This document shows, one piece after another, positions 50,443 to 57,902 of a DNA stretch of 58,034 nt. Positions within the stretch are counted from its first letter, which is position 1. Every line of letters starts with the position of its first letter. Both the position numbers and the translations under genes were made by a program. The notes beneath the pieces were generated by a model. The model worked only from the letters and a program-made list of their open reading frames with translations, made no database searches and was not told the origin of the DNA. Source of the stretch: a virus; IMG/VR virus record IMGVR_UViG_3300029337_000010, positions 1 through 58,034 of that record; one strand, 5' to 3'.

Positions 50443-50845
50443 TTTTGTGCCTTGTATGTCAATAGTTTTTTGTGCCTTATCTCAGAATTTTTTCATCGTG
50501 TTCCAGTTTCTCCGCTACCGCTAACTTGATAAAATCGTTTGCGCTCTTATACCCCAGCCTTTCAATGCGTTCTTTGGTGCCTTTGGAAAACCTGCAATTA
50601 ACTCGCTCAAACTTATCGTCATACTTATATATTGCACGCCTTTTTGCTTCGCTTGTTTTATGTTCCATTTAACTTACCACCTTCCTATATTCTTTTTGTA
50701 TATTATATCCTTTTGTGCCTTGTATGTCAATATTGATTCGTTCTCTTGTTATGGTTTTTGTGCCTTGTATGTTTTTCACAATGTATTGCTATTTTTGTGC
50801 CTTGTATTTCGTGTATTATTACTATTGTTTTTGTGCCTTGCATAT
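50443..50845 (+). repeat. Six same-orientation iterons TTTTGTGCCTT(G/A)(T/C)AT.. flanking the RHH gene
   Basis: Copies start at 50443, 50468, 50711, 50756, 50793 and 50829. Copies 1 and 3 are identical over 22 bp. Confidence 0.9.
50477..50668 (-). CDS. Ribbon-helix-helix (Arc/CopG-type) regulator
   Basis: 63 aa. ERVNCRFSKGTKERIERLGYKSANDFIKLAV fits a beta strand followed by two helices. Confidence 0.6.
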   Translation of the reverse strand: MEHKTSEAKRRAIYKYDDKFERVNCRFSKGTKERIERLGYKSANDFIKLAVAEKLEHDEKILR

Positions 50846-50890
50846 ACTATAATACAACTATCAAATGAAGCACGAAAGAGAGGAACGAAC

Positions 50891-51226
50891 ATGAAAGATT
50901 ATACAAAGTTTATGAAATGGGCAGTTGTTTACATAACCGACAGAAAAGGACAGGACGACAGGAAGAGCAAAGTTAAAGTTGAAGCTCTTTTCAGTTCTCC
51001 AGTACAGGCAGAGGATAATTACATCATCCGCAACCAAGAAATTAAGCGATATATCCTCCATGTGGATGATTTAGAAGAGTTTGAAACAGTGTACAATCAG
51101 TTGCAAGATTTAAGGGAAAAATATGGAGAATATGCAATCTTCCACGTTAAAGACCTTAATCTTAGTTGTGATAAGGAAAACAAATGGCGCGAGATATTAA
51201 AAGTATATACAAGCATTGACTTTTAG
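50891..51226 (+). CDS. Hypothetical protein, first gene of the plus-strand operon
   Basis: ATG at 50891 preceded by GAAAGAGAGGAA. 111 aa. Confidence 0.55.
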   Translation: MKDYTKFMKWAVVYITDRKGQDDRKSKVKVEALFSSPVQAEDNYIIRNQEIKRYILHVDDLEEFETVYNQLQDLREKYGEYAIFHVKDLNLSCDKENKWREILKVYTSIDF

Positions 51227-51303
51227 CCGAAACGCTCCTATCTGGAGCGTCAGCCGCGGGATGGTCTCCCGGCTCTGATGATGGCAGACCAGAAAGGAAA
51301 TAC

Positions 51304-51540
51304 ATGCGGAAAGAATTTATAAAAAATGTTTTAGATGTTGAAGTAAATGGATTTGCTTGCAAAGTAAGGTACATTGTTAGAGCAATGTATAACGTTATCG
51401 ATGATGACGGTTTCGCAACGATTGAGCAAAAAGTCATTGAGGATGTGACGCTATCTGATCAGGAGATCGAAAAAGAGGGCGGAGCATCTAAGGTATTGGA
51501 AGATCTTAAAGAGTGCTATGCACCGTTGTGTTGCAATTAG
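51304..51540 (+). CDS. Hypothetical protein
   Basis: 78-aa ORF with RBS AGAAAGGAAA. Confidence 0.5.
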   Translation: MRKEFIKNVLDVEVNGFACKVRYIVRAMYNVIDDDGFATIEQKVIEDVTLSDQEIEKEGGASKVLEDLKECYAPLCCN

Positions 51541-51586
51541 TCAAAAGCAGCCCGCCCCGGAGGTTACGAGGGCAGAAAGGGAAAAT

Positions 51587-51748
51587 ATGAAGAACTGGAC
51601 AATAGAACAATTATATGATCTTTGGAGAGGTCGCGGATATACAAAAAAAGAAGCGCAGGCGAAAGCTGAAAAGGATTACAAAGAAATGCACCGGAAGAAA
51701 TCAGAAACAGAATGCCACCAGACCATGCAAGAAATGCTTTACAACTAA
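51587..51748 (+). CDS. Small hypothetical protein (53 aa)
   Basis: ATG preceded by GAAAGGGAAAA. Confidence 0.45.
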   Translation: MKNWTIEQLYDLWRGRGYTKKEAQAKAEKDYKEMHRKKSETECHQTMQEMLYN

Positions 51749-51834
51749 GTCGAAACCGCCCGCGCGGCGGTCTGCAGGAACTGCCCCACCTGCACCGATG
51801 AGACAGGGCGCACAATGAAAGGATGGTTGAGCAT

Positions 51835-52005
51835 ATGAACAAATTAGAAGAAGCCCAAAAAGCATTTTTGAAAGTTAGGAATTATTTATTGAAAAATCAA
51901 GAAGATTTTGCACTCGCAAGGGCATATAAAAAGCCTTGGAAGTGGTACATGGAACACACTGAGAAAGAAGCTATTGAGATTTTGAGAAAAGAAGTTAACG
52001 CATAG
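51835..52005 (+). CDS. Small hypothetical protein (56 aa)
   Basis: ATG preceded by AAAGGATGG. Confidence 0.45.
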   Translation: MNKLEEAQKAFLKVRNYLLKNQEDFALARAYKKPWKWYMEHTEKEAIEILRKEVNA

Positions 52006-52021
52006 AAAGGATGGTTAAATT

Positions 52022-52198
52022 ATGGAATTTACGGGAAACTTACAAACAAAAAAAGACGACGCAAAAAGCGCGTACATTAAAGCGCGGAGCGAATGGGCAG
52101 ACACCAGAACCGCCGAAAACATCAAAGGTGATCCCGAAAAGTGGCGCGCCCTTTGTGATCGGAAAATGGATTGTATGAGATTGGGTGTTATCATTTAA
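52022..52198 (+). CDS. Small hypothetical protein (58 aa, below the ORF-track cutoff)
   Basis: ATG preceded by AAAGGATGG. Translation begins MEFTGNLQTKKDDAKSAYIKARSEW... Confidence 0.45.
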   Translation: MEFTGNLQTKKDDAKSAYIKARSEWADTRTAENIKGDPEKWRALCDRKMDCMRLGVII

Positions 52199-52221
52199 GC
52201 AAAGTGCAGGCGGTGCAATGT

Positions 52222-52250
52222 TCCGGGGGAATTGCCCCCGGATTGCTTTT
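52222..52250 (+). terminator. Rho-independent terminator of the plus-strand operon
   Basis: TCCGGGGG-AATTG-CCCCCGGA followed by TTGCTTTTA. Confidence 0.8.
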
Positions 52251-52384
52251 ATCAATATGCCGTGGAGTACAGCACGCAAAAAAGCGTGCAAATATGCGTG
52301 TTATCATTAGCACTCTAGGGGATTTCCTGGCGTGCTGTGGATTTTCTGGTTGTACTTGTTGCCACAGAGCAGCCGCGGTGCACA

Positions 52385-52414
52385 TTGACATTTTGGCGAG
52401 TTTGTGCATATAAT
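52385..52414 (+). promoter_or_regulatory. Strong plus-strand promoter TTGACA-N18-TATAAT with a TTTGTGC motif over its -10
   Basis: TTGACA at 52385-52390 and TATAAT at 52409-52414. No credible ORF lies downstream. Confidence 0.65.
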
Positions 52415-52589
52415 GACTTGCAGGCATGTGCGCGCCTGTATAATTGCAATGTCATGTAGACGTTTGCTTTATTTGTTGTACTCATTTTGCGCATTTGTGC
52501 GGATGTTTCCGCGCCTGCATTATTTCAGCGCTTCCAAACGGGCGACGGCACATAGCAAGATCAAGTACGACCAGATCATGGATGAGTGC

Positions 52590-52830
52590 AATCTGAACTT
52601 GCACTTACAAAAAAGTTTTAAAAAAATTTTGCAAAAATCTGAACAAAATTCTCAAAATCTCAAAAACGGTTTTTTGTGCCGAAATCTGAACCTAGGGGGG
52701 TATCAAATTTTTTCCGAATATCTGGGCGAAAATTTCAAAAATTTTTTAAAAATTAAAAACCGAAAATCTTTTTCCAAATCTTAAGGTAGGGGGGATCGAA
52801 AATTTTTCTGAAAGTTTTCCGAAGTAAAAA
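52590..52830. repeat. AT-rich repeat region: AATCTGAAC x3 and TAGGGGGG(T)ATC..TTTTT(C)CxGAA x2
   Basis: AATCTGAAC occurs near 52592, 52637 and 52681. TAGGGGGG occurs near 52694 and 52787. TTTTTTGTGCC occurs at about 52664. Confidence 0.7.
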
Positions 52831-52941
52831 GCAAAGCTTTTGCAGTATAATCGCTTTTGTTTAATTCATCTATCAATTTCTCTCTTGTCATCCCAGGGTT
52901 TGTCTTCTGAACGTAATGAAGTAAATCGTCTATTTTGTCCA

Positions 52942-53262
52942 CTATGCCGCCCTCCAATCAATGTTTGCCATCAAATCATCCAGCAAATAAATCAAATCTG
53001 CCCCATACAGGCTTATCCAGTCCGCGAGATACTCTTCCTGCTCAATCGGCATATGAATGTTATAGGAAAAACAAAAACAATGGCAAAGCTCATGAGCCAG
53101 TATTTTGCGCAAATAACCATTTTTCGGTTTATCTGAAACATATATAGCCCTGTCGTTCCAATCTGTCACGGCAAGGCTGGTAGAGCTATCAGAGCGCATC
53201 AGCTTGCTGCTTGCACTGTGAACAAATTCTATTTTCCATTCAATACCATTTATCAAAAACAT
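52942..53262 (-). CDS. HExxH zinc metalloprotease (ImmA/IrrE- or SprT-like)
   Basis: 106 aa with the motif ILAHELCHCF. Confidence 0.65.
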   Translation of the reverse strand: MFLINGIEWKIEFVHSASSKLMRSDSSTSLAVTDWNDRAIYVSDKPKNGYLRKILAHELCHCFCFSYNIHMPIEQEEYLADWISLYGADLIYLLDDLMANIDWRAA

Positions 53263-53271
53263 ATTTTACCT

Positions 53272-53314
53272 CCAAAAAAAAGAAACCACCAGCCAAATAT
53301 CAGCTAGTGGTTTC
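53272..53314 (-). terminator. Hairpin terminator between the Rha and protease genes
   Basis: GAAACCAC-N17-GTGGTTTC followed by T8 on the minus strand, then immediately the GGAGG of the next gene. Confidence 0.65.
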
Positions 53315-53337
53315 TAAATTCATGCTTATTTTACCTT

Positions 53338-53976
53338 TTATTCTTCAATAAGTAGGTAATTAATGTATCTTGTCGCCGTATCGTTGAGGTCTCTATTGAA
53401 ATCAAGCAGATCAAGAGCGTATTCCGGTGGATATCCATAACTGGCGTAATATGCCTTTTCGATTGCGCGTAAGTTGTGCAGATCCGATAATTCCACTAGA
53501 ATCTTGTGATATAAAAATTTTCGAGTCCAACCAAACCGTTCTAGGATTATACTTAACTTCCAGTTGTTCTTTGAAAACCATGTTTCCGTTTCATGTTTCC
53601 ATCGAATCTCCCAGTGCTCAAACGGGTCTTTCTCCGTAATTGCAGGCTGCGGTTTTTTCAGCGCTTGTTCCATGTCGTGAAAGCGATTGATGTATTGAGC
53701 TGTGAAAGCCGTTCCCTTTGCTCCGGTCAGCTTGTGGGCGATAAATTCGCAACCTTTCTTGGTAATGTCGTAGCATGGACAACTTTTTTTCTGCTCTGTA
53801 CAATATGTGCTTTCTATGAAGAAATCGGAAAAGTCAATATTTACTTCTCCTAATTGCTTACAGTATCGCCGGATATCTTTTAATAAATTGGCGTGTGTCT
53901 TTCCAACCATTTCCGCGACTTCCATACTGGTTAGAGTTTGTTCTAATTGCTTCATCTGAATATCATTCATCAGCAA
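53338..53976 (-). CDS. Rha-family phage regulatory protein
   Basis: 212 aa. TSMEVAEMVGKTHANLLKDIRRY...ITKKGCEFIAHKLTGAKGTAFTAQYINRFHDME matches the Rha N-domain pattern. Confidence 0.8.
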   Translation of the reverse strand: MLMNDIQMKQLEQTLTSMEVAEMVGKTHANLLKDIRRYCKQLGEVNIDFSDFFIESTYCTEQKKSCPCYDITKKGCEFIAHKLTGAKGTAFTAQYINRFHDMEQALKKPQPAITEKDPFEHWEIRWKHETETWFSKNNWKLSIILERFGWTRKFLYHKILVELSDLHNLRAIEKAYYASYGYPPEYALDLLDFNRDLNDTATRYINYLLIEE

Positions 53977-53987
53977 ATCCCCCTCTC

Positions 53988-54230
53988 TTATACTTTCGGA
54001 ACATAAGTTCCGTCCATAATGCCGATAGCAAGTTTCATGCCCTCTACGGCATAGAATCGGTTGCTGTCAGTAGTACAGTCAATAAGAAGTTCGAGCAATT
54101 CATCATAAACACTTTCGCTTACAATGCCCTTAAGTCTCTCCATGAGCGGTTCAAAAAATTCACGCCATTTCCCACCCTGTTCCTCATCTGCAATTTGACT
54201 TGCGTATACTATTTCCAAAAATTTGTTCAT
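53988..54230 (-). CDS. Hypothetical protein (80 aa)
   Basis: Start at MNKFLEIVY. Confidence 0.45.
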   Translation of the reverse strand: MNKFLEIVYASQIADEEQGGKWREFFEPLMERLKGIVSESVYDELLELLIDCTTDSNRFYAVEGMKLAIGIMDGTYVPKV

Positions 54231-54361
54231 TATCTTGCACCGCCTTTCTCTTCCTGCGGTTCGGAAATGTTCTTTGCGGCTTTGTATATTGCTTCGCATA
54301 CATAGATGCTCTGCGTGCTCAAAAGTTCTGCTATTTTCTCAATTGTTTCGGTTCTGGTCAT
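54230..54361 (-). CDS. Small hypothetical protein (43 aa)
   Basis: Start at MTRTETIEK with RBS AAGGAAGG. Confidence 0.35.
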   Translation of the reverse strand: MTRTETIEKIAELLSTQSIYVCEAIYKAAKNISEPQEEKGGAR

Positions 54362-54478
54362 AGATTTTTCCTTCCTTTCAATTTTTTCTTGAAAAGAGAT
54401 ACTCTCTATGATAAAATATTTCACAGAGAGTTATCTCGGTTGATAAGAAGTTGTTTTCGTTGGTAGCGTGGCAACTTC

Positions 54479-54652
54479 TTATTTTTTTTGACCTTTTAGC
54501 TTTTCAATCCCCGCCCTTATAAGTTCTAATATGGAATATCCACTTTCTGATGAAAATTTCATAATTTCATCTTTTTCTTGCTTCGATACTCGAACATAAA
54601 GTCTTTCATTCATAGGATTGTCAACTTTAGGTCTGCCTGTGCGTGGAGACAT
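54479..54652 (-). CDS. Ribbon-helix-helix (CopG-type) regulator
   Basis: Start at MSPRTGRPKVDNPMNERLYVRVSKQEKDEI... The pattern GRPK...R.YVRVS..E is typical of RHH N termini. Confidence 0.65.
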   Translation of the reverse strand: MSPRTGRPKVDNPMNERLYVRVSKQEKDEIMKFSSESGYSILELIRAGIEKLKGQKK

Positions 54653-54670
54653 TCTCAGCACCTTCTTTCT

Positions 54671-54711
54671 GTACGCACATTTAATATATAATAGTACGCA
54701 CAAAAAGTCAA
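54671..54711 (-). promoter_or_regulatory. Promoter TTGACT-N17-TATATT bracketed by two TGTGCGTAC repeats
   Basis: The -35 is at 54706-54711 and the -10 at 54683-54688. The 9-mers are at 54671-54679 and 54694-54702, read on the minus strand. Confidence 0.65.
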
Positions 54712-54770
54712 TACTTTTTTTAAAAATTTCCAAATCCACAAATCACTAGCTGATATTCAGTTGTCAATGT

Positions 54771-54798
54771 TCAAACAAACAGGGGCATTCCTGCCCCT
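54771..54798 (-). terminator. Rho-independent terminator after the five-gene cassette
   Basis: AGGGGCA-GGAA-TGCCCCT followed by GTTTGTTTG on the minus strand. Confidence 0.7.
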
Positions 54799-54802
54799 GC
54801 CA

Positions 54803-55450
54803 TTACATTTTGGAAACAAGCGTTGACAGCTTGCTTTTTGTCATTGTGCGCTCTTCCGGCGTCATATCGGAGATAAGTTCCGCCATATCCTCCGAAAGCT
54901 CTTTCATGTACTTTTCAAGGTCACGCATTTTTGCATCCTTGTCTTCTGGCGTATTTCCTCTATGGAGTTCTTTGCTTTCCATGTAGGATTTACGGCTCAT
55001 TCCGCTTTTACCCTCTCTGCGGTCACGCATACCGCCATCTGCCGCAATTGTAGGCTCTGTGTAATACATTCGCCCATGTGGTCGATCAATGTCGCGGTCA
55101 TGCTCCATATCGTGATACATTTCCGGTGTCATGTGCCAGTAAGGCGGCTCGTCATATCCTCTCCGCGTTCCTCTTCCCTTTGGAGCAAACCTCCCGTTTT
55201 CATAACGATAACGGTCATAATACCGTCTGCCGTCTCCGTAACGCTCAAACATATCAAGAACCTGCTCTGGGTCTGATTCGTCCATTGATTTTGTAAGCGT
55301 CCGGTAATACATGGCTTCCGCAAGGTCTTTAAGCATGTCCGTGACTTTTCCCATCTCTTCTGTATCTACACATTCGATACCTTTTGCAAACTCACACTCT
55401 GCGCTTTCAGACAGTTTTTCGATCATTTCGTGCATTCTCTTAATATCCAT
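54803..55450 (-). CDS. Arg/Tyr/Asp/Met-rich low-complexity protein
   Basis: Start at MDIKRMHEM with RBS AAGGAGGG. The centre reads RRYYDRYRYENGRFAPKGRGTRRGYDEPPYWHM. Confidence 0.6.
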   Translation of the reverse strand: MDIKRMHEMIEKLSESAECEFAKGIECVDTEEMGKVTDMLKDLAEAMYYRTLTKSMDESDPEQVLDMFERYGDGRRYYDRYRYENGRFAPKGRGTRRGYDEPPYWHMTPEMYHDMEHDRDIDRPHGRMYYTEPTIAADGGMRDRREGKSGMSRKSYMESKELHRGNTPEDKDAKMRDLEKYMKELSEDMAELISDMTPEERTMTKSKLSTLVSKM

Positions 55451-55463
55451 AAAACCGCCCTCC

Positions 55464-55886
55464 TTACGCTTCCCGGACTGCAATTAAATTGCTGTTCTGA
55501 ACCTCGATTGCCTGCGCAGAAGTATTCTGTACCGCTACCGTAACACAACAACCGCGAGGAACGTCCACATATGCCTGCGCCGAAACGTTAAAGAAGTTTT
55601 CAACTGCCGCCGGTGTAACAATCATTCGAGTTGACTGCAACGGTTCTCCGTCAATTGCAATAGACAGTGAAATAGCTTCAACTGTTCCACCTGTAGGAAT
55701 TTGAATGTTTCCGGAATAAGATACCAAAAATCTTGCCCGGCACTGATTTGTAAGTCCTCTTAATTTAACAATGCCACTTCCCTGTCTATGAACAATGCAT
55801 TTTGTTGCACATACCGGAGTTTCTTTAAATGCCACATCTTCTCCCTGCGCGACAGTTTGAATTGCAATTCCTGTAAATTCTGCCAT
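55464..55886 (-). CDS. Small beta-rich protein resembling C1q/TNF-like (BclA C-terminal type) jelly-roll domains
   Basis: 140 aa. ARFLVSYSGNIQ...ISLSIAIDGEPLQST...VAVQNTS..IEVQNSNL has this pattern. The resemblance is by pattern only. Confidence 0.55.
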   Translation of the reverse strand: MAEFTGIAIQTVAQGEDVAFKETPVCATKCIVHRQGSGIVKLRGLTNQCRARFLVSYSGNIQIPTGGTVEAISLSIAIDGEPLQSTRMIVTPAAVENFFNVSAQAYVDVPRGCCVTVAVQNTSAQAIEVQNSNLIAVREA

Positions 55887-56026
55887 AATAATACCTCTCT
55901 TTCATAGAAATAAGGGCAAACATTATAGTCTGCCCTTTGTGTTTATAAGCAATACTGCACAGCAGACATAATCGAGTTAAACTCAATTAAGATACTCAAT
56001 TATTCAATTTTGTGTAGCAGCTACTT

Positions 56027-56818
56027 TTAGCAGCTACATCCTGTGTTACATCCACAACCATACGCATAAGCGTTAGGATTTGGCACAACATATGCCGGGA
56101 TTGCAGCCGGATTTACAGCGTTGATGATCTGCTGGGTCTGCGCTGACATTGCAGTAGTGAGCAATGCAGACTGGCGATCCTGTGAAGCGGCTCTTCTTAA
56201 GTCGTTATTTTCTGCCTGTAAGGAAGAAATCTTTTCCTGGCACAGGTAATCAAGGATTGCCCTTGTTCCTGCCTGCTGACTGTCAATAATGTCTCTCGTG
56301 TTGCTGTTCATGGTGTTCTGCAGCGCACAGGTGTTCTGCGCCATATTGTAGTTCACGCCCTGGATAGCTTCTCTGGTCTCACAGCAGCAATTAGCCAGCT
56401 GGGACTGCAAAGCATTCTGTGCCTGCATAAGTGTTACATTTGTGGTATTAAATCCCTGCTGCGTCTGATATCCAAGGTTGCAGATTGCATTGTCTACACC
56501 ATGGAAACCGTTCATAACGGCGGTATTCTGTGCGTAAAATCCATCACAGAGACCATTTGCAATACCATCTAACTTCCCGATGATAGCCTGCGTGTCAAAT
56601 CCACGCTGAATTGCAGAGTCGGTGTATGCAGATGCTGTCGCTCCCATGCCTCCGTTTCCTCCCAAGCCATTGCCGCCAAAGCCGCCCCAGCCAAAAATCA
56701 TAGCGAAGATAATGATAGCCCACCAGCCATCGCCGCCCCACATGCCATCATTGTTTCTTCCGTTTCCTGTCACTGCTGCAATATCAGCAAGACTAGGAGA
56801 TGCGTTTCCATTAAACAT
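56027..56818 (-). CDS. Gly-rich single-pass membrane protein with Cys clusters (CCCET, YGCGCNTGCSC)
   Basis: Start at MFNGN with RBS GGAGGT. WWAIIIFAMIFGWGGFGGNGLGGNGG is followed by a Gln/Asn-rich helical region. Confidence 0.65.
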   Translation of the reverse strand: MFNGNASPSLADIAAVTGNGRNNDGMWGGDGWWAIIIFAMIFGWGGFGGNGLGGNGGMGATASAYTDSAIQRGFDTQAIIGKLDGIANGLCDGFYAQNTAVMNGFHGVDNAICNLGYQTQQGFNTTNVTLMQAQNALQSQLANCCCETREAIQGVNYNMAQNTCALQNTMNSNTRDIIDSQQAGTRAILDYLCQEKISSLQAENNDLRRAASQDRQSALLTTAMSAQTQQIINAVNPAAIPAYVVPNPNAYAYGCGCNTGCSC

Positions 56819-56887
56819 TTTGTTTACCTCCATCTGATTTATTTACAAATGGGATAACCGGTTATTGTGCGCGCAACCCAAAATGTA

Positions 56888-57088
56888 CTAATGATTAAAC
56901 ATACTCATAACCTTTTGCTTTGCTTCATCTACTGTAATTCCTCTTTCTTTGCAGAGATTCTCCGCCATTGTCTTAAGTCCGACCGTATCTCCGCTTTGAT
57001 ACATCTGCATGGCATTTTTAGCCATTGGATTGTTTTGCATCTGCGGAGAATTTATCATTTGGTTCAAAATCATTTGCATCAGATTCAT
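56888..57088 (-). CDS. Small Met/Gln/Asn-rich protein
   Basis: 66 aa: MNLMQMILNQMINSPQMQNNPMAKNAMQMYQ... Confidence 0.5.
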   Translation of the reverse strand: MNLMQMILNQMINSPQMQNNPMAKNAMQMYQSGDTVGLKTMAENLCKERGITVDEAKQKVMSMFNH

Positions 57089-57612
57089 TCGGATTCACTC
57101 TCCTTTTTAATTTGAGAAGTTTTTTTCTGTGGAACCGGAATTTTACCAATACGTTCCTCTAACTGTTCAATTTTCCCAAACAGTTCGTCAAACTTTCCCA
57201 TAAATGCCCCTGTGCACTCGTCTGATAGGTCAAATTTCATTTTTTCCGTCTCATGCGATAAATTGTTAGTCATATCATTTAAAACAGGCTTAAAAACGAT
57301 TGTGCGGATTGTACCATCTGAGTTCCAGCTTTTGGCGTATATTTCCGACATATCCTGCTTTGGGAAAAACGCCACGCTTCCATCCATCGGCACATCGTTT
57401 GCAGTAATATTTTCAACAGAAGGCACAATTTTCCCATTTATTCCAATAGGCGTCATTTGTGTCTGCTGAATTTGCTGTGTTTGCGCCGGTTGAAAATAAT
57501 TTTGCGGCTGTTCAATTCTTTGCTGATTACCATATGGATTATACCCATATGATGCCTGATAAGGAATTTGCTGACTATATCCCGGTGCCGGATAAACTCC
57601 GTTCATGTTCAT
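57085..57612 (-). CDS. Protein with a Gln/Pro/Tyr-rich N terminus and a C-terminal coiled coil
   Basis: Start at MNMNGVYPAPGYSQQ with a GGAGG RBS. About 175 aa. Confidence 0.6.
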   Translation of the reverse strand: MNMNGVYPAPGYSQQIPYQASYGYNPYGNQQRIEQPQNYFQPAQTQQIQQTQMTPIGINGKIVPSVENITANDVPMDGSVAFFPKQDMSEIYAKSWNSDGTIRTIVFKPVLNDMTNNLSHETEKMKFDLSDECTGAFMGKFDELFGKIEQLEERIGKIPVPQKKTSQIKKESESE

Positions 57613-57776
57613 TTTCTTCAACCTCCTCCAAAACATCCTCGATTGCGTGAATGATAGATGACTGCGTTGACAAATCTAATGATTGCAATTCTTTTCTGGC
57701 AAAAATTTTCTCAAGAACATCGTCAGAAAACATTATCATCCCTCCCTTTGCTTATATTGTGGCATAAAAAAAGACG

Positions 57777-57811
57777 GTAAAACCGCCAGAATACCGTCTA
57801 AATAACGCCTG
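57777..57811 (-). terminator. Rho-independent terminator (first of two near att)
   Basis: AGACGGTA-N12-TACCGTCT followed by T7 on the minus strand. Confidence 0.7.
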
Positions 57812-57841
57812 TTTCCCGCCGTATCACCGCCAAAATTGCAA

Positions 57842-57866
57842 TAAAAAAAGAACGCCTTAAGCGTTC
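57842..57866 (-). terminator. Rho-independent terminator (second of two near att)
   Basis: GAACGC-TTAAG-GCGTTC followed by T7 on the minus strand. Confidence 0.7.
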
Positions 57867-57878
57867 GTACGTTTGTTC

Positions 57879-57902
57879 GTGTTACCTTTGGTGTTACCTT
57901 TG
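57879..57902. promoter_or_regulatory. Tandem GTGTTACCTTTG x2, candidate integrase arm-type sites (P arm)
   Basis: A perfect 12-mer duplicated head to tail. It has the same 9-mer core as 108-126. Confidence 0.55.

Noticed and set aside
50443-50845. The iteron cluster as a CRISPR array
   Set aside because: The repeats are only about 17-22 bp, their spacing is irregular (25 to 240 bp) and a protein gene lies between them. No cas genes are present. They overlap promoter elements, which fits operator or iteron function.
52404-52784. The 126-aa plus-strand ORF downstream of the strong promoter
   Set aside because: Its composition tracks the DNA repeats (KKILQKSEQNSQNLKNGF..., NFKNFLKIKNRKSF). It begins inside the -10 region with no RBS and would need to read through AT-rich repeats. 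It is treated as non-coding.
53296-54757. An invertible or mobile segment bounded by the 14-bp inverted repeat CACTAGCTGATATT
   Set aside because: By my estimate several exact 14-mer matches are expected by chance in 58 kb of AT-rich DNA. No invertase or transposase is nearby, and one copy lies in a terminator loop. It is mentioned under the regulatory-module finding only as something to test.
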